A stretch of 64,000 nt of DNA from Gemmatimonadales bacterium (lineage in GTDB: Bacteria; Gemmatimonadota; Gemmatimonadetes; Gemmatimonadales; GWC2-71-9): the NCBI GenBank assembly GCA_038321865.1, contig JBBQFH010000008.1:50517-114516 (forward strand), given 5' to 3'. How positions within the stretch are numbered: position 1 is the first letter of the stretch; each line of letters begins with the position of its first letter. A model generated the notes under the pieces. That model had not been told where the DNA came from. It made no database searches and was given only the letters and a program-made list of their open reading frames with translations. Shown here one piece after another: positions 17,324-26,263 of the stretch. A program made the position numbers and the translations under genes.

Positions 17324-18687
17324 GCGCGTTCACCGGCGAGGCGGCTCATGGCGCGCTCGAAGCGCGTGCGCTCCCGTGCCGCCCATCGGCGCGCCAGACG
17401 TACGCGCGCGCGCGCGACCGCGAGTCCGGGGTTGCCCAGGCCGCCGGTCGAGCGCCGGCGCGCGCTGATCGCGGCGGCCGCGGGCGCGTCGAACGTCTCG
17501 CCCGCCTTGAGTCCCGCGGCCACGGCACGGTAGGCAGCGCGAAACGCCTCCCCCGCTACCACCCGGCGCATCACTTCATCGGTCGCCAGGGCGCCGCCGG
17601 CGAGCGCCGCGGCACAGCGCTCCGCATCCACGCCGAGCATCGGGACGGCGCGCGTCAGCATGGCGAGCATCTCGCCGGTACGCGCCAGCCCGCGGAACAG
17701 CGGCTCCTTGAGGAGCTGGAAATCGCGGTGGTAGCCGCCGGTGAGCTTGGCCGCGAGCTGCATCGTGGTGAAGAGATCGCCGTCAACGGTTGCGGCACGG
17801 GCCCGGGTGAGCTCGAACAGGTCGGGGTTTCGCTTGTGCGGCATGATGCTCGAGCCGGTAGCCAGCTCCGGCGGCAGCACGAGGTACCCATATTCTTCGG
17901 CGCTGTAGAGAATGACGTCGGATGAGAGCCGGGAGAGGTCGTGGCCGATCTGCGTGCACCAGAACAGCGCCGCGGCCTCGAGCTTGCCGCGGCCGTTCTG
18001 CACCGTCGCGACGTTGTGGTCGAGTGCGGCGAAGCCCAGCGCCCGAGCGGCGGATTCGCGGTCGAGCGGCAGCGGTACACCGTATCCGGCCGCGCTCCCC
18101 AGCGGTGACCGGTCTACCCGTGCCCAGAGAGCGGGCAGCGATTCAGCCGTGTCCAGCAGCCCTTCCGCGTACGCCCCGGCCCACAATGCGACTGATGACG
18201 GCATGGCTCGCCGCGTGTGGGTGTAGCCGGGCAGCAGCACCCTCCGCTCACGAGCAGCCAGGGCGAGCAGCGCGTCCGCCAGCGCCAGCGCACCATCGTG
18301 CAGGCCAAGCAAGGTGTCCTTGAGATAGAGCCGGAGGTCCACCGTGACCTGGTCGTTGCGCGACCGCCCGGTGTGCAGCCGCTCGCCGGCGTCCCGCCAG
18401 CGCTCGGTAAGCCACATCTCGACCGCCGAGTGCACATCCTCGTGACGGCGACCGATCCGGAGATCGCCCGCGTCGACGGCACGCAGTGCCGAGCGCAGCG
18501 CGGCACGGAGCCGGCGATGCTCGGTCGCGCTCAGCAGCCCCGACGCGCGGAGCCCCTCGACATGTCCGAGACTCCCGAGCACATCCCAGCGCAACAATCG
18601 GGTATCCCAGGTCCGGTCGTCGCCCACCGTGTAATCGAGCATCTGGCGGTCTATCGCGGCACCGGGTGACCAAAGTGTCGAGCTCAT
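17320..18687 (-). CDS. argH: Argininosuccinate lyase
   Basis: EDVH, LHTGRSRNDQV, PGYTH and signature GSSIMPHKRNPD. ATG at 18687 overlaps the argE stop. Confidence 0.95.
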   Translation of the reverse strand: MSSTLWSPGAAIDRQMLDYTVGDDRTWDTRLLRWDVLGSLGHVEGLRASGLLSATEHRRLRAALRSALRAVDAGDLRIGRRHEDVHSAVEMWLTERWRDAGERLHTGRSRNDQVTVDLRLYLKDTLLGLHDGALALADALLALAARERRVLLPGYTHTRRAMPSSVALWAGAYAEGLLDTAESLPALWARVDRSPLGSAAGYGVPLPLDRESAARALGFAALDHNVATVQNGRGKLEAAALFWCTQIGHDLSRLSSDVILYSAEEYGYLVLPPELATGSSIMPHKRNPDLFELTRARAATVDGDLFTTMQLAAKLTGGYHRDFQLLKEPLFRGLARTGEMLAMLTRAVPMLGVDAERCAAALAGGALATDEVMRRVVAGEAFRAAYRAVAAGLKAGETFDAPAAAAISARRRSTGGLGNPGLAVARARVRLARRWAARERTRFERAMSRLAGERA

Positions 18688-19760
18688 GCGAGATACTCCA
18701 TGGCCAGCCTGGCGTAGAAGCGCCGCGCCTCGCTGACCTCGAAGAGGTCCACGCACTCGTCCGCCGTATGCGACCGGCGGCTGGTGCCGGGGCCGCATTT
18801 GAAGGCGTCACGGTCGCGGAGGAAGACCCAGTCCGAGCAGGTTGGGCTGCCGTAGTGCGCGGCGTGCGGCCGAATCCGCGACGCCGCCGCCAGCAGGGCC
18901 GACCCCGCAGGGGTCTCGCACGGCACCAGCCGGTCCGAGGTCACTACCACTTCGGAACCGAGGGCGGAGCGGAGGAGCGCCGCCAGCTCATCGTGCGGCC
19001 AGGCCGGCGTGCTGCGAATGTCGAGCACTGCCTTGGCGGTCGGCGGCGTGACGTTCCGGCTCACCCCCGCCTCGACCATCGTCGGGGTGACGGTCGGAAG
19101 CCCCAGAATCGGGTGCGGCCGCGACGCGGCCACCGAATCCAGGCGCACCAGGTCGCGCGCCAGCTCGACCAGCGCGTTGGTGAACCTGCCGTCGGCCGCG
19201 GCATAGCCGGCATGGCGCTGGTCGCCCTGGGCGACGAGATCCACCATCATGAGTCCCCGCTGCGCCACGGCGAACTCGAGGTTGGTCGGCTCACCCACCA
19301 CCGCGGCATCCACGACTCCCGCCGAGGCGAGTGCCCGCGGCATGGACGTGTTCCGCGTCTCTTCGCCGTAGCCGAGGATCACGAGGACGCGCCCCCGCGG
19401 GGGGCCGCCGGCGTCAGCGAGGTCGCGCGCCGCGCAGAGCATCGCGGCAACGGACGCCTTCGCGTCGCTCGAACCCCGCCCATACAACCGGCCATCCATG
19501 ATCGCGGGCTGAAACGGATCGCGGCTCCATCCCTCTCCCGGGGGCACCACGTCGAGGTGCGAGACGAACGCCAGCGTCGGGCCAGCGGCGCGGCCGGCTG
19601 CGGTGACGCGGATGCCGGCGTCGTCGCGAACGACCTCGAGGCCCCACCCGCGAACCGTCTCTTCGACGAGCCGTCCGACCGCCTCTTCGTCTCCGCTGAC
19701 CGAGGGCGTGGCGACGAGCTGGCGGAGCAGCTCGATCTCAGCCGGCCAGGTCAACGCCAA
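18684..19760 (-). CDS. argE: M20-family N-acyl-citrulline/ornithine deacylase (ArgE-like)
   Basis: SHLDVVP, GRGSSDAK, GEET, VGEPT and SHTADE metal ligands; located inside the arg operon. Confidence 0.85.
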   Translation of the reverse strand: MALTWPAEIELLRQLVATPSVSGDEEAVGRLVEETVRGWGLEVVRDDAGIRVTAAGRAAGPTLAFVSHLDVVPPGEGWSRDPFQPAIMDGRLYGRGSSDAKASVAAMLCAARDLADAGGPPRGRVLVILGYGEETRNTSMPRALASAGVVDAAVVGEPTNLEFAVAQRGLMMVDLVAQGDQRHAGYAAADGRFTNALVELARDLVRLDSVAASRPHPILGLPTVTPTMVEAGVSRNVTPPTAKAVLDIRSTPAWPHDELAALLRSALGSEVVVTSDRLVPCETPAGSALLAAASRIRPHAAHYGSPTCSDWVFLRDRDAFKCGPGTSRRSHTADECVDLFEVSEARRFYARLAMEYLA

Positions 19761-20673
19761 GGTAGGTCGCCTTCTCCTTTCGTCCCACGATCATGGTGCC
19801 GCAGCCGGAGCCGGTGAACACCTCCAGTAGCAGCGCATCGGGCGCCCGGCCATCGATGATGTGGGTCCGCTCCACCCCGCCGGTCGCGGCGCGAATGCAG
19901 GCCTCCACCTTGGGCCGCATCCCGCCGGCCAGTGCGCCGCTGGCCATCAGTCCGGCCAGATCGTCGGGGTCGGCGAAGGTGACGAGCGTGGCCGGATCGT
20001 TCCGGTCTCGCAGCACGCCGGGAGCGCCGGTCAGGAAGATCAGCTTCTGCGCGTGCAGCGCCACCGCCAGCGACTCGGCCACCGTATCGGCGTTTACGTT
20101 GTAGACGTTTCCCTCGTCGTCACCGGCGAGGCTGGCCACCACGGGAACGAACCGCGCTTCGACCAGCGTGGTGATCACCCGAGGGTCGACCCGGTCGACG
20201 TCGCCCACATGGCCGAAGTCCACGTGGCGAGTCACGCCCGCATCGTCCACCAGCGACACCGGCGGACGGCGGTGCGCCGTGATCAGATCGGCGTCGACCC
20301 CGCTCAGTCCGACCGCCTGCACGCGATGCTCGCGGAGCGCCGCCACCAGATCGGTGCTTAGGACCCCCGCGTACACCATCTTGGCAACGTCGAGCGCGTC
20401 ATCGTCGGTGACGCGGCGGCCGGCGACGATGGTCGGCTCACGGCCCAGGCGGCGGCTCAGTGCCGTGGCCTGGGGACCACCGCCGTGCACGACGACGAGC
20501 CGGATGCTGAGCGAGGACAGCAGGGCGATCTGGGCCGCCACCTGGTCGAGGACCTCGACGTCCTTCAGCACGTCACCGCCCAGCTTCACCACGAACACCT
20601 GGTCGCGATACGCGCGCACGTAGCGCAACGCTCCCTTGAGCCCGGCGATTCCCTTCGTCGGATCGATGCTCAT
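19738..20673 (-). CDS. argB: N-acylglutamate kinase
   Basis: VVKLGG, VVVHGGGPQ, GRRVT, YNVNADT, GGMRPKV, HIIDGR and GCGT. No fused GNAT domain. Confidence 0.95.
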   Translation of the reverse strand: MSIDPTKGIAGLKGALRYVRAYRDQVFVVKLGGDVLKDVEVLDQVAAQIALLSSLSIRLVVVHGGGPQATALSRRLGREPTIVAGRRVTDDDALDVAKMVYAGVLSTDLVAALREHRVQAVGLSGVDADLITAHRRPPVSLVDDAGVTRHVDFGHVGDVDRVDPRVITTLVEARFVPVVASLAGDDEGNVYNVNADTVAESLAVALHAQKLIFLTGAPGVLRDRNDPATLVTFADPDDLAGLMASGALAGGMRPKVEACIRAATGGVERTHIIDGRAPDALLLEVFTGSGCGTMIVGRKEKATYLGVDLAG

Positions 20674-21686
20674 GACCGGTCTCCGATCAGCTGAAGCAGC
20701 AGCGCGCGCTGCGCGTGGAGGCGATTCTCCGCCTCGTCCACCACCACCGAGTTGGGCCCATCGAGCACCGCGTCGTCGATCTCGATGTTACGCCTCACCG
20801 GCAGACAGTGCATCACGATGCCCTTCCCGCCGCGCGTATTCCTGAGGCGGGGCGCGGTCATCCGCCAATCCCGCAGTCCGCTCCGGAGCTCCGCCTCGGC
20901 TTCCGGCTGCCCGAAGTGCTCGAGCGATCCCCACGACTTGACGTAGACTGCGTCGGCGCCGACGAGCGCATCATCAATGTCCTCGCTGACGTGGACCATC
21001 GCCCCCTGCTCGCGCGCCAGCCGCCGTACCAGCGCCGTGTCGTCCGAATCAAGATCGTATCCCGGGGGCCGCGCGATGACGACCTCCATGCCCAGCATCG
21101 CCGCCGCGATCGCGGCGCTGGCCGGCACAGCCGTCGGCAGCGCCTTCGGATGCCAGGCCCACGTCAACACGAAGCGCTTGCCGCAGGTTTCACCGAGCTT
21201 CTCGCGCAGCGTCATGGCGTCGGCCAGCCCCTGGCACGGGTGCCGCCGGGTGGATTCGAGGTTGATCACAGGCTTCTCACAGTAGCGCGCGAAGTCGCGG
21301 ATGACCCGGTCCTCCCGCTCGACCGCCCAGTCCCGTCCCCGGGGAAACACGCGAACCGCGAGCGCGTCGGCGTAGCGGCCCAGCACGCGCGCCGCCTCGG
21401 CGATGTGCTCGACGGCCGTGCCGTCCATCACCGCACCCGGCTCCGTTTCGAGAGACCAGCTGCCCTTGCCCGGCTCCAGCACCACGGCGTGGCCGCCGTG
21501 CAGGAACATGCCGGTCTCGAAGCTGCTTCGGGTGCGAAGACTCGGGTCCATGAATACCATCGCCAGGACCTTCCTTTCGAGCCCGCCGTCGATCTCACCA
21601 CGCTTCACGCGGTCGGCCAGCCCGAGCAGCTCCGTGATCTCGGCCGCCGACCAATCCTCCATCGCCAGAAAGTCCCGCTTGGTCAC
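20670..21686 (-). CDS. argF': N-acyl-ornithine carbamoyltransferase (ArgF'; AOTCase/SOTCase family)
   Basis: PSLRT, W77, HPCQ, proline-rich loop WAWHPKALPTAV, VKSW and HCLPVRRN, which mark the acetyl/succinyl-ornithine transcarbamylases rather than classical OTCase (STRT, HCLPAHR). Confidence 0.92.
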   Translation of the reverse strand: MTKRDFLAMEDWSAAEITELLGLADRVKRGEIDGGLERKVLAMVFMDPSLRTRSSFETGMFLHGGHAVVLEPGKGSWSLETEPGAVMDGTAVEHIAEAARVLGRYADALAVRVFPRGRDWAVEREDRVIRDFARYCEKPVINLESTRRHPCQGLADAMTLREKLGETCGKRFVLTWAWHPKALPTAVPASAAIAAAMLGMEVVIARPPGYDLDSDDTALVRRLAREQGAMVHVSEDIDDALVGADAVYVKSWGSLEHFGQPEAEAELRSGLRDWRMTAPRLRNTRGGKGIVMHCLPVRRNIEIDDAVLDGPNSVVVDEAENRLHAQRALLLQLIGDRS

Positions 21687-22828
21687 CTCAGCACCTCTTT
21701 CAGCGCGGCGAGCAGGAGATCGGCCTCGGCGAAGGAAAACGACAGCGGCGGCAGGAGGCGGAGCACGGCGGGGTCCGACGCGGTACCGGTGAGGACCCGG
21801 TGCCCGAACAGGGCACGCTGCACCGGCGCGGCCGGACGGTCCAGGCACAACCCGAGCAGCAGGCCCCGTCCCTGCACCCGCGGGACCCCCATCGCGAGCG
21901 CGCCACGCGTCAGGTGGTCGCCTACCGCGGTCGCGTTGCCGATCAGCCCTTCATCCTCGATGACCCGCAGCGTCGCCAGCGCGGCCGCGCAGGGCACCGG
22001 CCCGCCGCCGAAGGTGCTGCCGAGATCGCCGATGACGAGACCCTCGGCGATGGCGCGGGTCGCGATCACTGCACCGATCGGTATCCCCGACGCCAGCCCT
22101 TTCGCCAGCGTCAGCAGGTCGGGCACGACGCCATACGCCTCGGCCGCGGTGAAGGCCCCGCAGCGGCCGACACCGCACTGCACCTCGTCGAAGATGAGTT
22201 GCGCGCCGCGCTCATCGCAGACTCGCCGGGCAGCCTGGAGAAACTCGACCGAGCAGTCACGCGCGCCCGACATTCCCTGCACCGGCTCGATGATGACACC
22301 GGCAATCGTGTCGTCCACCGCGGCATTCAGCGCGGCGATGTCGTTGAACGGAACCTTTTGCGACAGCGGCATCCCCGCGCGGAGCGCTCCCTCCTCGTAC
22401 TTCGCGCCGTCGGTGACCGCCAGCGTCGCGACCGTGCGCCCGTGCCATCCACCCGCCAGCGACACCATCCCCTGCCGTCCTGTCGTTTTCCGGGCGAGGC
22501 CAAGGGCGTTCTCGTTCGCTTCGGCGCCCGAGTTGCAGAAGAACACGCGCTCGAGCGGGTCCGGCGCGAGCCGGCCAAGCCGGCGCGCGAGCTCGTCGCG
22601 ATTGGGATGCGGCACCACCGATGAATAGAAAAGCAGCTTCGCCGCCTGCTCGCTGATCGCGCGGACCACGGCCGGGTGGCTGTGGCCGGTGGAGGCCACG
22701 GCGTGGCCGCCGTAGGCGTCGAGCCACTCGTTGCCGTCCTCGTCGATCAGCCAGGATCCGTGGCCGGACACCGGGTGCACCGGCATCTGTGCGTAGACGG
22801 GCAGCAGGGCGTCGAGCGTGTCTAGCAC
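21683..22828 (-). CDS. argD: N-acylornithine aminotransferase (class III PLP)
   Basis: FFCNSGAEANE, WHGRT, IEPVQG, FDEVQCG, LAKGLASG and GSTFGGGP. Confidence 0.93.
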   Translation of the reverse strand: MLDTLDALLPVYAQMPVHPVSGHGSWLIDEDGNEWLDAYGGHAVASTGHSHPAVVRAISEQAAKLLFYSSVVPHPNRDELARRLGRLAPDPLERVFFCNSGAEANENALGLARKTTGRQGMVSLAGGWHGRTVATLAVTDGAKYEEGALRAGMPLSQKVPFNDIAALNAAVDDTIAGVIIEPVQGMSGARDCSVEFLQAARRVCDERGAQLIFDEVQCGVGRCGAFTAAEAYGVVPDLLTLAKGLASGIPIGAVIATRAIAEGLVIGDLGSTFGGGPVPCAAALATLRVIEDEGLIGNATAVGDHLTRGALAMGVPRVQGRGLLLGLCLDRPAAPVQRALFGHRVLTGTASDPAVLRLLPPLSFSFAEADLLLAALKEVLR

Positions 22829-23862
22829 GGATAGGCTCCCACGGCCGTGAGGCCGGCATCCTCGGCAAGTCCGAGGGAGAGGTTCATGGCCTGAATCGCC
22901 TGGCCGCCGGCGCCCTTGATCAGGTTGTCGATCGCGACGGTCACCTGGATCTCCCGCCCGTCCTCACTGCCGGCGGCATGGACGAGGGCATAGTTGCCCC
23001 CGACGGCGTGGGTCAGCTCGGGCGGCCGATCGAGTATGCGGACAAACCGCTTGCCATCATACGTGTTCCGGTACGCCGTGATGACGCTGGCAGCCGCCCC
23101 GGCATTGGGGAGATAGGCGTGCAGCGTGAGGTAGATGCCGCGGACGAACGGGCCCGCGTGCACCATGAGGCGCGCGAGCGCGTCGGGCCGGCCGGTCCAC
23201 CCGCGCCAGGCATGCAGCACTTCCGCCTCGTGGCGATGCGCGAGCACCGAATAGGCGAAGACGTTGCTGGCACGAGCCGGGTGGTGCGTGGTCGGCTTCG
23301 GATGCACCCCTGCGCCGCTCGATCCCGTGATGGCGTAGAGCGTCGGCGACACGGCGAGGCCGGCCTGCGCCAGTGGGTAGAGCGCCAGCTGTGCCGCCGT
23401 CGCGAAACACCCGGGCGCCGCGATCGCGGTGGCGCCGCGAAGCCGCTCGCCGAGGACGTCAGCCAGGCCGTAGGTGAAGCGTCCGACCAGATCGGGCGCG
23501 GGATGCGTCCCGTAGTAGCGCTCGTAGAGCCGCGGCGCGGCGATCCGGAAGTCCGCCGCCAGGTCAACGATCATCCCCGGGCCGGCCTCGAAGATTTCGC
23601 TCGCCATGCGGGACGACTCCCCATGCTCCAGGGCGAGGAACACGACGTCGCGGCCCCGGGCCACTTCGCCCGGCGTCTCACCGGAAAAGCGGGCATCGGT
23701 AAGCGGCGCCAGCGTCGGATGCGCCTCAGCGATCGGCTTGCCGGCCTGGCTCCGGCTGGTCGCGACGCACTCGGCGACATTCGGGTGCTGCAGCAGCAGC
23801 CGCAGCAGCTCGCCGCCCACGTATCCGGCGGCGCCGACGACCGCCACCCGAAGACCGCTCAC
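22822..23862 (-). CDS. argC: N-acyl-gamma-glutamyl-phosphate reductase
   Basis: VGAAGYVGGELLRLL, DLAADFR, catalytic PGCFATA, GSSGAG, HRHEAE and DNLIKGAGGQA. Confidence 0.95.
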   Translation of the reverse strand: MSGLRVAVVGAAGYVGGELLRLLLQHPNVAECVATSRSQAGKPIAEAHPTLAPLTDARFSGETPGEVARGRDVVFLALEHGESSRMASEIFEAGPGMIVDLAADFRIAAPRLYERYYGTHPAPDLVGRFTYGLADVLGERLRGATAIAAPGCFATAAQLALYPLAQAGLAVSPTLYAITGSSGAGVHPKPTTHHPARASNVFAYSVLAHRHEAEVLHAWRGWTGRPDALARLMVHAGPFVRGIYLTLHAYLPNAGAAASVITAYRNTYDGKRFVRILDRPPELTHAVGGNYALVHAAGSEDGREIQVTVAIDNLIKGAGGQAIQAMNLSLGLAEDAGLTAVGAYPC

Positions 23863-24956
23863 GCGGGTGCGCCGATCAGGGCGGGCGCCGCGGCCGCCGT
23901 CGCCCGCGCCTCGAGGCCGGCGATGGCGGCGGCCACGAGGCCGGCGGCGTCGCGCCGCGCGTTGTGCGCCGGCAGGCCCAGCGACGCGCTGATGTAATCC
24001 CGGCCCACTTCGTTATCGGTGGCCGGGCCGGTGATGGCGGTGATCGGGAGACCGTACTCGCGACGCATCAGCTCCGCGGCTCCCCAGCAGCCGACCGGGT
24101 CCGGCGCCGCCATGATCCACGCTGCGCCGGCGGCGGCGAGCTCCGGATCGTGCATGATGTCCTGGACGCCGTATTCCCCGAGGATGCCGTCACCGAGCTC
24201 CGCGACGATCACGTCGGGCTTCGCGGCGGCCAGCCGGTTGAAGATGCCCTTGGCCGTCGCCACCGTGACGCCGGGGTGCGTGCTGGCGACGCCGACGTCG
24301 TTGAAGGTGAGCGCGGCGATCGCACCGGCATCGGTCATCGAGAGCACGTCCCGCATGAGCGACACCCCGGTCAGCTTGCACGCCGCGACCCGGTATCCCG
24401 CGCGCACCAGCCCGCGCACCAGTTCCGTCGCCGCCACGGTCTTGCCGGCGTTCATGCAGGTTCCCGCCACGTAGATCACTGGCACGGTGCTGTCGAGCCG
24501 GTCGGCCGGCGGCACCGCGCGGTCGCGGATGTGGGCCGGCCGGCCGACGCGGTCGCCCAGCGCCGGGAAGGTGAGAATCGACCCCAATACCTCGGCGGCG
24601 AACGGCGGACCGATGTCCGGGTTGACCGAAGTGCAGTGCCCAAGAATTCCACCGAGGTTCAGCACGTTGATCGTGTCGCCGACGGCGATGCGGGATGGCA
24701 CGACGCCGGCATACGCGCGGAGCGCGCGCCGGCTGCCGAGGGTGCCGGCGAGCACGTCCCCGGCGCGGAGCGACACCATCCGGCCGGTCAGATCCTCGAC
24801 CGTGTTGTATGACGACTTGTCGTCCAGGATCCGGACCGCGAGCACGTACCCCTCGGCCGGCACGATCTCGTCGCCGACGATGACCTCGGCCGAGAGCTGC
24901 GCGTTCCTGGTGGACGAAGCGATCCGGTCGAGCCGGACCCGCGTGGTGACGACCAT
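23859..24956 (-). CDS. Uncharacterised DUF1611-like P-loop NTPase within the arg operon
   Basis: 365 aa. Walker A-like GTCMNAGKT, CKLTG and Walker B-like VIVAELGDG (SIMIBI/BioD-like layout). SD AAGGAGAG; starts 10 bp after the argG stop; its stop overlaps the argC start. Confidence 0.75.
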   Translation of the reverse strand: MVVTTRVRLDRIASSTRNAQLSAEVIVGDEIVPAEGYVLAVRILDDKSSYNTVEDLTGRMVSLRAGDVLAGTLGSRRALRAYAGVVPSRIAVGDTINVLNLGGILGHCTSVNPDIGPPFAAEVLGSILTFPALGDRVGRPAHIRDRAVPPADRLDSTVPVIYVAGTCMNAGKTVAATELVRGLVRAGYRVAACKLTGVSLMRDVLSMTDAGAIAALTFNDVGVASTHPGVTVATAKGIFNRLAAAKPDVIVAELGDGILGEYGVQDIMHDPELAAAGAAWIMAAPDPVGCWGAAELMRREYGLPITAITGPATDNEVGRDYISASLGLPAHNARRDAAGLVAAAIAGLEARATAAAAPALIGAPA

Positions 24957-24966
24957 CGGCCTCTCC

Positions 24967-26166
24967 TTACTGGTGGCCGCCCGCGGCGCGTGCCGCGAGC
25001 AGCGACGGAATCGCCGACACCCGGGCAAAGGCGCGGGCCTCGTCGCCGGTCCAGAGATGATTCTCCTCGCCGTATGTCGCGATCGCCGGGTCCATCATCG
25101 AATGGGGACTCCGGGTGCCCACCACCTGAAACCGGCCGGCCGCGAGCCGGATCCGGGTCTCGCCCGTGACCCGCTGCTGCGAGCTGGTGATGAGTGCTTC
25201 GATATCCCGCAGCGCCGGATCGAAGTACTGCCCTTCGTGGAGGCGATCGCCGTAGAAACGGCCGAGCTGGTCCTTCCAGAAGGTCTGCCACTTGGTGAGG
25301 ACGAGCTTCTCCAGCTCGCGATGCGCCGCGATGAGCAGCAGCGCGGCACCGGCTTCGAAGCCGATGCGGCCCTTGATGCCGAGCGCCGTTTCGCCCACGT
25401 GGATGTTGCGGCCGATGCCGTAGCGCTCCGCCAGATCGCCCAGGCGCTCGATGAGACCGGGACCGGTCAGCGCCGCTCCATCGAGCGAGACCGGCAGCCC
25501 CTGGGTCCATGCAACGACGATTTCGACGGGCGCGGGCGCGCCGGCCGGCGGATCGAGCAGCTCCGCCGGCGGACCGGCCCAGGTGTCGTGGGTCCAGCCG
25601 CCACCCCACGTGGTGCCCCAGAGGCCGCGGTTGATCGAGTACGACCCGGCCTTGTCGGGCACCGGCAGGCCCCGCTCCCGGAGGTAGGCGATGGCCTCAT
25701 CGCGTTTGACGGCTTCGTCGCGGATGGGCGTGACGATGTCGAGCTCGGGGGCGAGCACCCGGAGCGCCACATCGAAACGAATCTGATCGTTTCCCGCGCC
25801 GGTCGAGCCGTGTGCGATCGCGATGGCGCCGATGGCCCGTGCCACCTCCAGTACCGACAGCGCCTGCTGCGTCCGCTCGGCGGCGACACTCAGCGGATAC
25901 ACCTCGCCGCGGAGCACGTTGCCCTGCACCAGGTAACGGACGAAGCGGTCGTAGACCTCCTGTCGCGCATCCACCTCGTGATGCTGCACGGCGCCGACCG
26001 CGGCCGCCTGCGCCCGGATGGCGGCGCGCTGGGCGTCACTACTGCCGCCGGTATTCACGAAAATGGTGTGAACAGCCCAGCCCGCCTCGGTGAGGCGCGG
26101 CACGCAGTAGGAAGTATCGAGACCGCCGGAAAAGGCGAGGGCGAGCACGCCGCGTTGAGTTTGCAT
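24967..26166 (-). CDS. argG: Argininosuccinate synthase
   Basis: LAFSGGLDTS, YPLSV, AHGSTGAGNDQIRFD and GIKGRIGFEA. ATG at 26166. Confidence 0.95.
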   Translation of the reverse strand: MQTQRGVLALAFSGGLDTSYCVPRLTEAGWAVHTIFVNTGGSSDAQRAAIRAQAAAVGAVQHHEVDARQEVYDRFVRYLVQGNVLRGEVYPLSVAAERTQQALSVLEVARAIGAIAIAHGSTGAGNDQIRFDVALRVLAPELDIVTPIRDEAVKRDEAIAYLRERGLPVPDKAGSYSINRGLWGTTWGGGWTHDTWAGPPAELLDPPAGAPAPVEIVVAWTQGLPVSLDGAALTGPGLIERLGDLAERYGIGRNIHVGETALGIKGRIGFEAGAALLLIAAHRELEKLVLTKWQTFWKDQLGRFYGDRLHEGQYFDPALRDIEALITSSQQRVTGETRIRLAAGRFQVVGTRSPHSMMDPAIATYGEENHLWTGDEARAFARVSAIPSLLAARAAGGHQ

Positions 26167-26184
26167 AATGCATAAATATGCATT
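26167..26184. promoter_or_regulatory. ARG box (ArgR operator)
   Basis: AATGCATAAATATGCATT fits WNTGNATWWWWATNCANW. It is part of a 20/22 palindrome (26165-26186) that abuts the argG start codon, and argR is in the same operon. Confidence 0.9.
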
Positions 26185-26213
26185 ATTGCGTCCGGCACGC
26201 AAGGCCCGGACGC

Positions 26214-26246
26214 GCGAAAGCCCCGGCGGGAAGCCGAGGCTTTCGC
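26214..26246 (-). terminator. Stem-loop, probable terminator between the repeat-protein gene and the arg promoter
   Basis: Inverted repeat GCGAAAGCC-c-CGGC/gggaa/GCCG-a-GGCTTTCGC, 18 bp after the stop at 26264. The U-tract is short. Confidence 0.6.
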
Positions 26247-26263
26247 CCTGAGCAAGGGCCAGG

